A stretch of 63,595 nt of DNA, the filler included, from Collodictyon triciliatum (taxonomy: Eukaryota): assembly GCA_043381765.1 (NCBI GenBank). It is 6 parts of 6 records of this genome, joined end to end, with 100 filler letters (N's around TTAATTAATTAA, not from the genome) between each part and the next. Parts side by side here need not be neighbours in the genome. Positions count along the whole stretch, not along the records: positions 1 to 17,562 come from JBHJMP010001447.1; 5 more parts are not named here. The stretch is one strand, 5' to 3'. Shown here piece after piece: positions 1-13,200 of the stretch. A program made the translations under genes and the position numbers. Within the stretch, counting starts at the first letter, position 1, and the number at the start of each line of letters is the position of its first letter. A model generated the notes under the pieces. The model was given only the letters and a program-made list of their open reading frames with translations. It had not been told where the DNA came from and ran no database searches.

Positions 1-200
1 TCGCTACTCTGACCGCAAGCGAAGAGAGATGTGGGAATGTGTCGTGCGATATCTCCCACAGCGTATCCAACCCCTGCTAGCCACGCAACCAGTCAACCAG
101 TTGGGACGCCCACCTGACCAGCTCGCTATCACTGATTTCTTTCCAGTGCTACCCTCTCCACGGCAGTGTCTTCCCTTACTCGCGTTTGCTCTCTATCATG
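1..200 (+). repeat. Best-preserved copy (5' truncated by window) of a dispersed coding repeat family; encodes RYSDRKRREMWECVVRYLPQRIQPLLATQPVNQLGRPPDQLAITDFF
   Basis: Colinear nucleotide and peptide similarity to 26546-26700 (RYSESNRR*PRLCVVRCHPQHIEPLLSTQPINQLGHPPDQLTITDIF) and weaker similarity to 24195-24330. Confidence 0.7.
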
Positions 201-366
201 CGCATCTATCTCGCTCCTATGTATCGCTCAAGGTTCTTATAGCATTTTGCATCGAGGTGAACCATTTTGTGACGGAATCCAACAAAATAGTAATATATAA
301 ATATAATAACTCATCGTGTAGATTTTAATTTGTTTTATTTGTAACCCGACGCTAGGTAGATATAGT

Positions 367-3300
367 TTAATTAAAGGACAATTTTACGGCGCTCGCAGAA
401 TTTGCAGCAGGCGGCAATCGGCTTTGACGTGCAAGGGAGAACAGCTGTGGTAAGACACTCTGCTCATTCATGGTTTCATGGGAAGATAGCATTTGTCGTG
501 TTAGGAAGTTCTCACATAAAGGTTGGACATCATTGCACATTTTATTGACAAAAAGCATACAATTTTCTTTTGTAAATTATAAGAAATAATTGAATGTTGA
601 ATGAGACAGCAATTACTGATTTGGTTGGGCTTTTCTCAAAAGGGCTCGACTTTGGACTGGATGGTCTCTTCGCCTTTGGAGAGGCAGGTGTAGGCGCAAT
701 AGTATCATACTCACCAGGTCCAAGTACACCAGAGGAGGGCGGAGGTCCGAATATGTTCGAGCAACGAGGAGACCTTTTTTTTTTTTTTATTTTGAAAAAA
801 ATACATAGATTACATCAAATAATTCATCGGAAGTACACTTGTTTCCCTACAATAAAATTACATCTCATTTGTAGTAAATAAAGATAATAAAATTATTTGA
901 TAGAGATTGTATGAATTCAAGTATGGTTATATGAAGTGCTTCAAAATTGCGCTATGACAGAAAAGTAGAGGGGCATAACTTTTTGTGCAATTGTTAGAAG
1001 ATCAAAATCTGGATTTATAGATATTCCATTGGTGTAAATACCTTGGAAATACACAAACTTCTGGTTTTTGTTGGATGTTGGCAAACGAGCTGACTGAGTC
1101 ATATGCCCCAGGCCCCAAATAAGGCTCGCTTCTAGGAAAAAAGGGCTATACGTATGAGACTTTTTGACGCGATAGTGTGTTGAGTGTAATTGGGATGGAA
1201 TGATAACATGTGTCCCTTCAAGACAATTTATAGCACTCCCACAAAGAGGCAAGATGGAAGAAAAAAAAAAGCAAAGATAGAAGTAATTTTATGACTTTGT
1301 GTGGTACTCAGCATCTCCAGGCAGCTTTGCCATCAACCTGGGAGAGTGCGATTGAAATGAGAGCGTGTGGCGCTTGGTAGATGATTGGGGAGGCACGGGA
1401 TTGTACGACCCTGGCCCAAGATCCTATTATCCCATTTTTAGTGCAGGCATTTTCTGAAGTATTTACAATATCTCCCATTCCCGAGAAATGAATATAGGCT
1501 CGCAAGCTTGAATAAACTTAATCGCACCAAATCAGATCTTCTCGGTCTTCTAGGGGAGGCCATGAAACTGCTAGAGGCTCGCTGTGGGTCCTTCACCTTG
1601 ATAGTGGATGTAAGCTGGTATTCTCCAGGTCCTAGATTTTATTATATCGTAGAAATTGACCCTTCAATATGAGCGCGCTAAAATTATTACTATTTAGATC
1701 AATACTTGTAAATTAAGCGCGGTCAGATATTCCTTGTAACATAACATACCATAACATAAGATAACATAACATAACATACCATACCATACCATAACATAAA
1801 CAATAAACAATAAACAATAAACAACAAACAACAAACAACAAACAACAAACAATAAACAATAAACCGAAAAAAAACAAGCCACAATACGTAATTCCTGAGT
1901 GTCGTAAACACGTAAAAAATCATTTAAGAAATGAAATGAAAAAGAAATGAAAAATGAATAGAAAAAACTGGAAGAGTTGGCACCTATGGTTGTGGCCGGT
2001 TCTTTGAATCTCGGCATCGTGGAACGGAAGCACATACTGTAAGTTTTGTACTGTGGATTTATTTTTATTTTTTTGTCAAGCATAGCGAATTTCTCATAAT
2101 TCATCCAATAGTATAAATACAAATACATGATAACAACTAATAAGTACGTATAAGATGTATCGAAACTCCTTCAACAAATATCAAATAAATGCGCCACCTT
2201 TGAATAAGAGTCGTTTTTGAACGCGTCAGCACTTCTTGTGTGAAGAGGGCTGAAGTTTGGATCTAAAAAGGAATATGATTTGTGGATGAACTACACCGTA
2301 ATGAAATAAGCTTTATTTCTCGACACACAAAGCAAAACAAAACAAAATAATAGTCTTTGGAGGGAAAAAAACACGCAGCTTTCAAATACGCACTGGACAT
2401 TTTATACCCTTTAATAGCGGTCCGAAAAATAATTCCATCAGTATTGACATCCACACGTCTTGGTTTAATTGGTACTCTATGGTCAATGATTCTTCAGCAT
2501 CAATTAGCTCAGGTTGCATGTACTGTACTCTCCGAAGGGTCATTAGAATCTTGGTCTCTTCAAGCTACATGCATGTATTTTTTTTTTGGTTGATGTAGAT
2601 GTTCTCTGAAAAATGTATGAGACAACCATGATGAACAGTAGTACACAGCCCATCTTTCTTCATTTATTCAGGTATAAAAAAATAATTGCTAGGCGCAAAA
2701 ACAAATTTCGTGAATATATAATTGAAAGATTATTGGTCATTTCATACGACACTATTCATATAATGTGTTTACATCTAGTAACCCCAGTGCGTTATACGTT
2801 GACAGACTGTCAAGGATCGACAAGTATCCATCAGCATCCAAATCAGAAAATATGAAGACTTGCTTGATGTGTGTCTCTAGAAAGTGAATGAAGCCGTATA
2901 TATCCATCCTAAGCATGTGATGTATTAGCATGCCGAAACAATTCAGACCAGAAGTAACTTAATAGAAAGAAAAAAAAGAAGACAATAATAATAATAAAAA
3001 GAAAGGAAAAGGAAAAAGATACGGGAAAAGGTGTAGAGTGGTATTGGAAGCTTCTATGAGATAATGTGTAATGTCCAGGGTATTTGATAACAAACTGATC
3101 AGCTATATCACACATCCGAAGAGTTTTCATTCCGAGCCTGTGGATGATGTCCTGAAAAGATGGAAAAATAAAGCGAGACATAAAAAAAACCCCAGTTTAT
3201 ATGCGTTATTTCTTTGCCTTCATAAAAAGCATGATGTGACTCCGTAAACCATTAACTTTGTTTGATTGTAAAAGATTAGGAGGAAAGGAGAAAAGAAAAA

Positions 3301-3441
3301 AAAAGGCTAAAAAAAGGCTAAAAAAGGGGATGGGCTCACATATACTTCTGTTGGGTTCAAGTATCCTTTTCCGTGGACATCGCCTTCCAAAAAGATTTGT
3401 TGAAGACAGCGATAACGCGGCCTTGTAAGAAGTGTGCCCAT
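367..3441 (-). CDS. EF-hand-like plus SHIPPO-repeat (ODF3/STPG-like) protein, about 11 exons, probably flagellar
   Basis: Phase-consistent GT-AG exon chain: MGTLL..GDVHGKGYLNPTE, SDLDADGYLS (EF-hand-like), then FRSTMPRF..IGPGEY, LGPGSY, LGPGAY, LGPGEY; stop TAA at 367-369. First and last exon boundaries are less certain. Confidence 0.7.
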
Positions 3442-3535
3442 CTATTCGGCAGGAAAAAAGGAAGACGAAGAGGCTTCAAAATCCCAGCCAGCGTTTATCT
3501 GGTTTTTCATTATTTATTTTACTTTGCAACTATTA

Positions 3536-3537
<2 letters not shown>

Positions 3538-3604
<67 letters not shown>

Positions 3605-3612
3605 AAAAAATT

Positions 3613-3645
<33 letters not shown>
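3538..3645. repeat. Long poly(dT:dA) tracts between divergent genes
   Basis: Two homopolymer T runs seen directly. Confidence 0.9.
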
Positions 3646-3647
<2 letters not shown>

Positions 3648-3979
3648 AACTTTTTTTTGTGTTATTTAGCGTCTGCAAAACGGCATTTCCGTCCGCTGAA
3701 AGGCAGATATAAAATTCGATGCACCCTTGACAAACGAATATAACTGTGTATGTGTAATAGACAACAAATAGCCAATACCATATTCCACAATCATACAACT
3801 TCCGCGCCGATCAAAGATTCCATCACAAAGCGGGTGCCCCGATCAGACGCGCTTGAAAGACTGCAACACCCTTGAAGAAGACGCAACAACCCGACTGAGT
3901 GCGAATACCCAGAATTCTCACGTGACTCGCTTGTTCACAGGAATCAGTCCAAAAGCACGCGCAGCGCCAAAGTGTTTCG

Positions 3980-6389
3980 ATGGCCACGGCAAAGATCGTA
4001 AGAAACCCATCCCAAAGACTTGTCTGACTATGCGCCTGATTATGTGTCTGGTTTGGTTTGTGAATCGGACTGTTTCTGAGCCGAATGGGTTTTGTGGNNN
4101 NNNNNNNNNNNNNNNNNNNNNNNNNNNNNNNNNNNNNNNNNNNNNNNNNNNNNNNNNNNNNNNNNNNNNNNNNNNNNNNNNNNNNNNNNNNNNNNNNNNN
4201 NNNNNNNNNNNNNNNNNNNNNNNNNNNNNNNNNNNNNNNNNNNNNNNNNNNNNNNNNNNNNNNNNNNNNNNNNNNNNNNNNNNNNNNNNNNNNNNNNNNN
4301 NNNNNNNNNNNNNNNNNNNNNNNNNNNNNNNNNNNNNNNNNNNNNNNNNNNNNNNNNNNNNNNNNNNNNNNNNNNNNNNNNNNNNNNNNNNNNNNNNNNN
4401 NNNNNNNNNNNNNNNNNNNNNNNNNNNNNNNNNNNNNNNNNNNNNNNNNNNNNNNNNNNNNNNNNNNNNNNNNNNNNNNNNNNNNNNNNNNNNNNNNNNN
4501 NNNNNNNNNNNNNNNNNNNNNNNNNNNNNNNNNNNNNNNNNNNNNNNNNNNNNNNNNNNNNNNNNNNNNNNNNNNNCTTATCTTTTCCGCCTCGTTTAGG
4601 AGAAGAAAACAAACTCTTCAGGTATGTATTTCTATCGTAGAATCCAGAATACATAACTACGAATGAAATTAGTGAATATTCTGCAAAGCAGTCAGCGTAA
4701 CATTTAATGCGTTCAATAGGCTTGACTCTGAAAGACATCGACAATAAGTTGAGAGATATATGGACGAAGGAGAAAATTGTGCTTGGCAATTTTCTAGGAA
4801 AGGGTGCTTTTGGAGACGTTTATCAAATGAAAAACAGAGTCTCTGGAAAAAATGCAGTGATTAAAGTCCAGAAAATACAGGGACAGGCAAAATTATCTAT
4901 GGGCGAAGTGATTGAATCACTAATATTGGAAACACTGTTTCTGAAAGAATGCCGTGGATGCAAGTTTATTGTGGAGCTAATGGGTGTATATCGAAAGGAG
5001 AGTCAGCTGTACATCATCATGGAGAACGCAGGCATCTCCCTCAAAAAGATGATGGAGACTCCTAAAGAGAAAAAACCTAGTGCTCTACAAGTTGCCCAGT
5101 TCTCGGAGCAAATCTGCACCGGACTTATCTTCATGCACTCCAAAAATCTGTTTCATGAGGACTTGAAGCATGAAAACGTGATGATTGTAGACGGCACAGT
5201 TAAGCTTGTTGACTTTGGGATTGTTAGTCGAAGGGAAAACGAAAAGGTCGGCTCACACCTTCCTACTAGGTTCGGGGAATTGAAAAAGCATGGAACGGTA
5301 AACTGGCAAGCTCCCGAAATACATGAAGTAATCTGCAAACCATACTATGATGATGAGAGCATCTATGGAGAAGAAGGCCTCAATCAAGGGCATCGCGGAG
5401 AACCAAGTAATGTCTACGCATTCGGACTTCTCGTTTGGTACATGTTTTCTGGTGTGGAGCCGTTCCTTGGTGAAAAAGAGCCTCAACGTTTCCCGATTGG
5501 CGGCCTGCGACCGAGGATGCCAGCACACGTCCCATTGGAGCTACAGTTACTGATTAGAAGCTGTTGGAGCCAAAACTACAAGTTCCGTCCATCCCTCCTT
5601 ATGGTTTCAAACTATCTCCGTGAACTGCAAACAAAGAATCTAAAACTTGGCGAAGAGGTGGCAAAGCAACTTCTTCCAGGGCCAAACTCGACAGCATTGG
5701 GGGATATGTACCGAGGCGAGTTTGTAGAATTCTTGTTCAACAGCGGATGCCACTCTCTTGGCGAGAAGATTGGAAGGAATGAATGGGAAAGAGTGAATGA
5801 CAATCCTGAAATATTGGAAGAACGCGAGCTCATTAAGAGATATCACATAACACGAGAACAAGGACTGCAGTTTGTCGAAATATCCAAACAGGCAGCCAAA
5901 CCTTCTTCAAAACACCCAGGCCCTCGTCTCGTGAAGGACCTAGAATCTAGTGAGTTGCGGTCATTCTTACATGCAGAGAAATCTCTGGGGGCGCTCTATG
6001 TTCTTGCGAAGGGGTTGGGATTAAGCGGGGGAACAATTTGCTTGCTGGACCGACCGGGAATTCTTTCAAAATTCTCTATTTCCTTGGAAGATATCAAAGC
6101 TGCTGTAAAGGCGATTGAAGGCAAGTCCAACCCAGTAGAATCTCGCTCTGCCGAGCGGGGGCTTAAGCTAAGCGCAGCTTCCCAGGTGGCGTTCGAAAAG
6201 AGCTTGGTTTCAGGCAAGAAAGAAGCCTTTGCCACAAATACTCCCACAGCTTCTTCATCTTCTACATCCAACCGGATTCAGTCGCCACCTGCTTTGGAAA
6301 CAAGCACAACAGGAGGTGCAAAACCCCTTGGTGTTAAGGCAATTGGCTCAATCTTCGAGGGGAAAGGAGCTATCCCCAAGAAAAACTAA
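3980..6389 (+). CDS. Protein kinase (TKL/STE-like fold, non-RD) with two C-terminal SAM-like helical domains and an S/T-rich tail
   Basis: GKGAFGDVY, AVIK, HEDLKHEN, DFG, GTVNWQAPE, CWSQNYKFRPS in the large exon 4720-6389. Proposed 5' exons MATAKI (3980-3997, donor gtaaga) and EKKTNSSG (4600-4621) join in phase; a gap lies between them, so the start is tentative. Confidence 0.85.
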
Positions 6390-6429
6390 AAAAAAGTCGA
6401 ATGTCGGTCTCAAGATTCGTTTCTCACAA

Positions 6430-6524
6430 TCACTCTCTCACTCTCTCTCTCACTCACTCTCTCACTCACTCTCTCTCTCACTCACTCACTCTCTCACTCT
6501 CTCACTCTCTCACTCTCTCTCTCC
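6430..6524. repeat. (CT/CTCA)n microsatellite running into a gap
   Basis: Seen directly. Confidence 0.9.
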
Positions 6525-7282
6525 NNNNNNNNNNNNNNNNNNNNNNNNNNNNNNNNNNNNNNNNNNNNNNNNNNNNNNNNNNNNNNNNNNNNNNNNNNNN
6601 NNNNNNNNNNNNNNNNNNNNNNNNNNNNNNNNNNNNNNNNNNNNNNNNNNNNNNNNNNNNNNNNNNNNNNNNNNNNNNNNNNNNNNNNNNNNNNNNNNNN
6701 NNNNNNNNNNNNNNNNNNNNNNNNNNNNNNNNNNNNNNNNNNNNNNNNNNNNNNNNNNNNNNNNNNNNNNNNNNNNNNNNNNNNNNNNNNNNNNNNNNNN
6801 NNNNNNNNNNNNNNNNNNNNNNNNNNNNNNNNNNNNNNNNNNNNNNNNNNNNNNNNNNNNNNNNNNNNNNNNNNNNNNNNNNNNNNNNNNNNNNNNNNNN
6901 NNNNNNNNNNNNNNNNNNNNNNNNNNNNNNNNNNNNNNNNNNNNNNNNNNNNNNNNNNNNNNNNNNNNNNNNNNNNNNNNNNNNNNNNNNNNNNNNNNNN
7001 NNNNNNNNNNNNNNNNNNNNNNNNNNNNNNNNNNNNNNNNNNNNNNNNNNNNNNNNNNNNNNNNNNNNNNNNNNNNNNNNNNNNNNNNNNNNNNNNNNNN
7101 NNNNNNNNNNNNNNNNNNNNNNNNNNNNNNNNNNNNNNNNNNNNNNNNNNNNNNNNNNNNNNNNNNNNNNNNNNNNNNNNNNNNNNNNCATTTTTACGAT
7201 TTGTTCTGTTGCATTTGCTCATTTCTTTATTATTATTATTAATTTATTTATTTTTTTCATTTGAGTCTGGATTATCCCTTCG

Positions 7283-10200
7283 TTAGTTGTACGAAAGAAT
7301 CGAGCCAAGCCACTTTTCGACTGTCTCAACAGATTCGTTCTTTCGCTTCGCATAGTCTTCAACCTGCAAGGCAGAGAGTTTAATAGTACTCAAACACATC
7401 AACATCGAAAATCAGGCAATATGCGTATGAATTTCAGGTAAATTAGTAAGTATATAATAAAAACGAATAAAGAAAAAACATAAGGGTAGGGGGATGCGAA
7501 TTACCTGGTCTTTTCCAATTTTACCCACAGCAAAGTACTTCGCCTCGGGGTGGGCAAAGTACAGACCACTAACAGACGCAGCCGGGGTCATAGCCAGGTG
7601 CTCAGTGAGTCCGATGTTTGTCTTCTCTTCAATCTGCAACATTTAGATTCCGTTAAACATATTCTCGTGTATGAAAATATCGTCAGTGCATCGCCATTTG
7701 TACATGCAAACCAGCGTGTCGAAGTAGGGCGGTGCTGGTAGTGTAATATTAGCATCGGAATTACCTTCGCAAGTTGCCACATCTGAAGCTTTTCTGTGTG
7801 GTCAGGCTGCGAGGGATATCCAGGAGCGGGTCGAATTCCCTACACATGAGGCAAAAGAAAACAAACATAAAAACATGTAAGGAACGCCGTGCAGTTGAAT
7901 ATTTTGACTTGCTTCTTGCATAAATTTCGGTGTATATAAATGAATAGAGAGCTGGTCGCCCCAGCTTTTTTTTTTTTATCTTTTTTTAATCGTGCAGGCT
8001 CCTCACCTGATACTGAACTTTGAGAACCTCATCCAAGCTAAGGTCTTCCTGTGGGTTGTATCCCCAGTAATCCTTGCGCACAAGAAGATGGAGCAATTCA
8101 GCAAACGCTTCGGCCTAAATTATTATAAGAGAGTGGTTATCCATATGCATAGTATTTGTTGCTTTTTTTTTGAATAAATGTATATTTCTTGTTATTTATT
8201 GGCTGTATGAAAGAAGAGAGTGGAGGAGGAGAAAGAAATATTTGCTTTAGTTTGCAATGGAAAAAATAAAATATCGCAAATTACCAATCGGTCGGCAAGC
8301 GATTTAATCATAATGGAACTGTAGTCATCTCCTTCTTTTTCGTATTGCAGAGCCAGCTCGTGGCAGTTAAAGCCGGCAGACACAGCAAAGACTCCGATGT
8401 AATCAGCAACACCGGAGGACTTTGGTGCAATGTAATCAGAGAGGCACAGGTACGGCTGGTCCGTCTCCTTTTCTGCTTGTTGGCGAAGCCCGTGGAATAC
8501 AGAGACCACCTTTGTGCGGCTTTCGTCTTCATAGACCTTTGAAAATTCATATATTTCGATGATTTAAAGGACGGGAAAAAAAATGAAAGTATAATTTTGG
8601 GGTTTGCTTGAATATCACTTTTCAAAAATAAGAAAAATCCTAAGTATGAGACAAGCAACCTCCATGATAGGAAATATAATATGTTTGTTTTCAGTATTTG
8701 TGTGTTCCCGACCTCGATATCATCCCCAATGGCGTTGGCAGCATAAAGACCAACAATACCGCTGGCCTTCAAAGACTTTTGCGAAATAATCTCCTTCAGG
8801 TATCTCTGCGCGTCATCAAAGAGTTTCTTTGCCTCCAAACCTTTTAAGATGGTATAATATAATGAATATTAAGAAAATAAACTTAAATTTTATAAAAGGT
8901 GTAGATGGATTAGGAAACCGTCACCAAGGATTATTTTTATTTTACAATGTTTTTTTTTCATCTTTCAAATCAAATAAATCAGCTCATTGAACATTCATAC
9001 CAACTGTGGGGTCGTCAAAAATTTTTGGATATCCTCTGTGGGGGTACTTTCCTCGCAACTGCCACACCTGGAAGAATGGATTCCAATCGATGTGCTTCAC
9101 AAGGTCTTCTAGAGGGAAATTATCCAGCACCTTTTCAAAGTAATACGTTAAAGCTGTAAAAATCGGTTATTTTGTTTTTCTTTTTCTTTTCTTATTCGTA
9201 ATGCAAAATAGACAGCATTGTTTCAAGATTGATTATACATGGACACCGAGCTTCTTTGGCACGGCTGTAGGTGTTTTCTTGAAGTCAATTTTGAGTCCCT
9301 TTTCTCTTGCTTTGCTCAAGGGAAGATACTTGCGCTCTCTGAGAGTGGCATAGTGCTCCTCCCTCAATGTCTCGTACTCATCTTCGACGTCCAAGATGTA
9401 ATCATCGCGGTTTTGTTGGTCTAACAAGCTGGATATCTGGGTGAGGAGGATATTAGTGCTGTCTGTCAGTTTATAAGCGATGGACTGATCCCCCTGGTAT
9501 TGGTCTGAGACCAATAAAGTTTTTTTGTGCTTTTGATACGGAAATGTATGTGTGTGTATGATTTAATACGCATACCACAACCACAGAGCGAGAAGCATCA
9601 AGCACGTGAATCACAGGTGATTTATACTGTGGTGCAATTTTGACGGCAGTGTGAATCTTGGAAGTTGTTGCTCCTCCAATTAGAAGTGGAACCTGATCAG
9701 GGGGGACACATTACTATGATGACATAATTATATTTGCATTGGTATGGGATATTGTGCTTCGCAAGCACTTACTGTAAAACATTCAAGACAAACTAAATAA
9801 AGAAGTGTGTATGTGACATATACATGCAAAATGATACAAACATTCAGCCCACGACGCTGCATTTCCCTAGCGACTGTCACCATCTCATCGAGTGATGGGG
9901 TAATAAGACCGGATAAGCCAATAATATCAGCTTTCTCGTCAATTGCTGTTTGGATAATTTTTTCGCAAGGTGTCATTACGCCGAGGTCAATAATCTGTGA
10001 GTGCGAGTATGGTTCGATGTTAAGAGGGAAGCCTAGAACATAAATTTCACTTCTGTCTTTTTCATATGTTAGCGCTCATACCTTGTAGTTGTTACAGCCG
10101 AGAACGACAGCAACAATATTCTTGCCAATATCGTGCACATCTCCCTTGACAGTTGCCAGGACAACTAATTGGAATTAAAACCGGAATAATTAGATTACTC

Positions 10201-13200
10201 TTTTCATTTGGAAGATAGGTTCTTTAGACAGTTGCTTTTCTAACGTTAAATCGAAGCTCTGACACTTATGAATTCGAGGAAAGAGGAAGGTATCTGGTAT
10301 CTACTTTTTAATGTTTCAACACATCTTGAATACAATACACTTACCAACTCCTTGATTTTGGACTGCTGCATCTGGATTTTCGAGTATTTGGAGCTTCTTC
10401 TCTTCTTCCATGAAGGGAATCAAATAAGCCACAGCCTTCTTCATGACTCTGGACAATATACAAAGAGTGTGATTGCCTGCGTGTATATGTATTGTGGATA
10501 CACTAGATGGACCCTGAACCAAGGCGAAAATAATCAAGACGTAATTAACCTGGCACTTTTGATGACTTGGGGTAAGAACATTTTTCCTGCACCAAATAGA
10601 TCTCCAACTGTGCTCATACCTTTCATCAAAGGCCCTTCGATGACATTGAGTGTCTTCGGATGCTGCAATTTCAAGAAATCATCACATGAATAAGCCTACT
10701 GAAATACTGCAAGTAACTGCAACAATGGAAGCCCTTATATATTGACACTGGCTTACCTTCCGCTTATCCTTTCGAGCATCTTCTGTGTCTTCGACAATAT
10801 ACTCAACGATACCTTTTACCAAGGCATACGATAACCTCTCTTCCACAGGTAGAGAGCGCCATTCTTCATCGACCTAAATTGTGTTCTATGTTAAACTAGT
10901 GGTACCCAAAGTAGAACACCATCATGAGGAGCTACATAGAGATTGGATATTCAAATTTAACGAAGTGAAAAATCGTATTAGTTTATTTATCCTTTTATTA
11001 TTATTATTTTGACAATAAAACCTTTGCGGCCTTTGTTTGGCCCTTTGATTTGCTAGCATATTCCAGTAATGCTTCAGTAACGTCCGATCTGATAACGAGC
11101 ACGGTTTAAATGGCGTTTTACTTCTAATTTATGGATTCTTCTCTTCATTTATCGATTATTTTGGCATCGTCTCTCATTATGCTATCTAACGAATATTCAT
11201 CTGCTCAGATTTGAATCAAACCTCCTGTTGAAGATGGCGTCCTCGCAAAGTTGCAACAAATCTTTGGGAATATCCTCGTAAAGGGGCAAATTGCCTGCGT
11301 TTACGATACCCATGTCCATTCCAGAGCGGATTGCATGGTACTATTATTGTGATAATTTTTTTTAAGTAACATTAGACGTATTCAATCATTTGTGTGTTTG
11401 TAAGATGCTAACTGAGAAATTCGTGTGCATAAGCAATAATAAAATAAGAGGGAAAATAACGTTTTGAGTGTGTAAATTGTACCAGAAAAGCACTGTGCAT
11501 ACACTCTCGAAGATAATTTTGCCCTCGGAAGGAGAATGACAAATTGGAAACACCGCCACTGATCTGATAAAGTGGTGGAGGTATCAGAAGTGAGAATAAC
11601 TATCTCTCTTTAAAAATAATAATAATAATAATAATACAACAATCATGCTGAATAGTTCATATTGATATAGCAATTACTCTGCATCCAGGACACGCTTGTT
11701 TAATCAGTGGGATACAATCGATGAAATTTTTGGCGTAGTTGTTGTGCTCCTCTATCAATTCAGATAAAAGTCATCATTTTGCATGCGATTGAAAATGTTG
11801 TCAAACTTACAATTACACATGTACTTTTTTTTTTCATACTACATGCAAATTATGAAATTGTTCGTCACACATGGCACGAAGGATGCATTACCCATTCCCG
11901 TGCAGATAGTGAGAATATTTGGGTCAAAAATGATGTCGTGAGGGTCGAATCCAACCTCATTGACCAGTATGTCGTATGAGCGCTTGCATATGCGGACCTT
12001 GTCGTCAACTTCAACAGCTTGGCCATCCTCATCAAACTGTGAGAAAGAGAAAAGAGTGTTCAACGTAGTCCATGCAAGGTATTTAATGAGAATAAGTTTC
12101 ATAACAAGTCAAGGTTCTTGAAGTCTCCATGAGTGCATTTGCTTCATATTTAAGCCTAGGACGAAATTGAATAAAGATATTAAGAACAGGAAGCCCTACT
12201 GCCATTACAATCACTGCTGAACCGAAGCGGTGAATAGTCTTGGCTTTCTCGATAAAATCGGCTTTTCCTTCTTTCAAGCTATAGAGATAATGATGCCATT
12301 TTCATGAGAGAAGGATATGGGTGTTACGCACCTTATGAAACCTGAAACAAGAGAAGGAGACGCCAATGTAAAAGAAAGAGATATAAAAATGTCCAGAATA
12401 TTTTAAAAAAATAGAAGGGCATTTGAAAGACCTTATACTGTTTACGACGCATTTTCCTTGGGCACACTTCAGTCCAGCGGATATAACGTTAAAGTTCGAT
12501 GAATCGATCACAATTGGAGCCTGAAAAAAAATATTTTTGAGATGGTTAGAATAAAAAAAATGTAGCATAAAATATATAGAAAAAACGGACAGGGAAATTT
12601 AAGGCTCTGAATAATGGCTCATGAATAATTAGGATACGCAGAATGTCCTACTTTGGCAATTTCTGGGTCCGATGCAATCAGGTTGATAAATCTAGACATG
12701 GAGCTGATGGCATCGAGCATTCCCTCGTCCATATTAAGATCAATCATTTGTGCGCCTGCTTCGACTTGAGCACGGGCTATAGCAAGCGCTTCCTATGATG
12801 TTTAGGGTATATCTTGGTTGTGTATATATATGCGACGTTGACATATGTGTGAATGAAATTGACAAGGAAATTAGAAACCAAAGAGTGACAAATTCATTTG
12901 GTGAGGATATTTGTAAATCGAGCCTATTTCCAAATGAAACTGTAAAAGAATTCTAAATTGGAAAGAAAGGTCAAAGTTGACAATATTCAAACCTCAAATT
13001 TTCCGTCGATGATCATCTTAGCAAAAACACGAGACCCAGCGACGTTGCATCTCTCTCCAATATTAGCAAAGATGATATTTTCTGTGAGGATGTAGGGCTC
13101 GAGTCCACAAACTGCAAATCTGTGATGGGTCGGAGCTCACATCAGCTTATGGTTGCATGAAGATTACTGTGTTTTGTCAAAAAAAAATTGGGAAAAAGTG

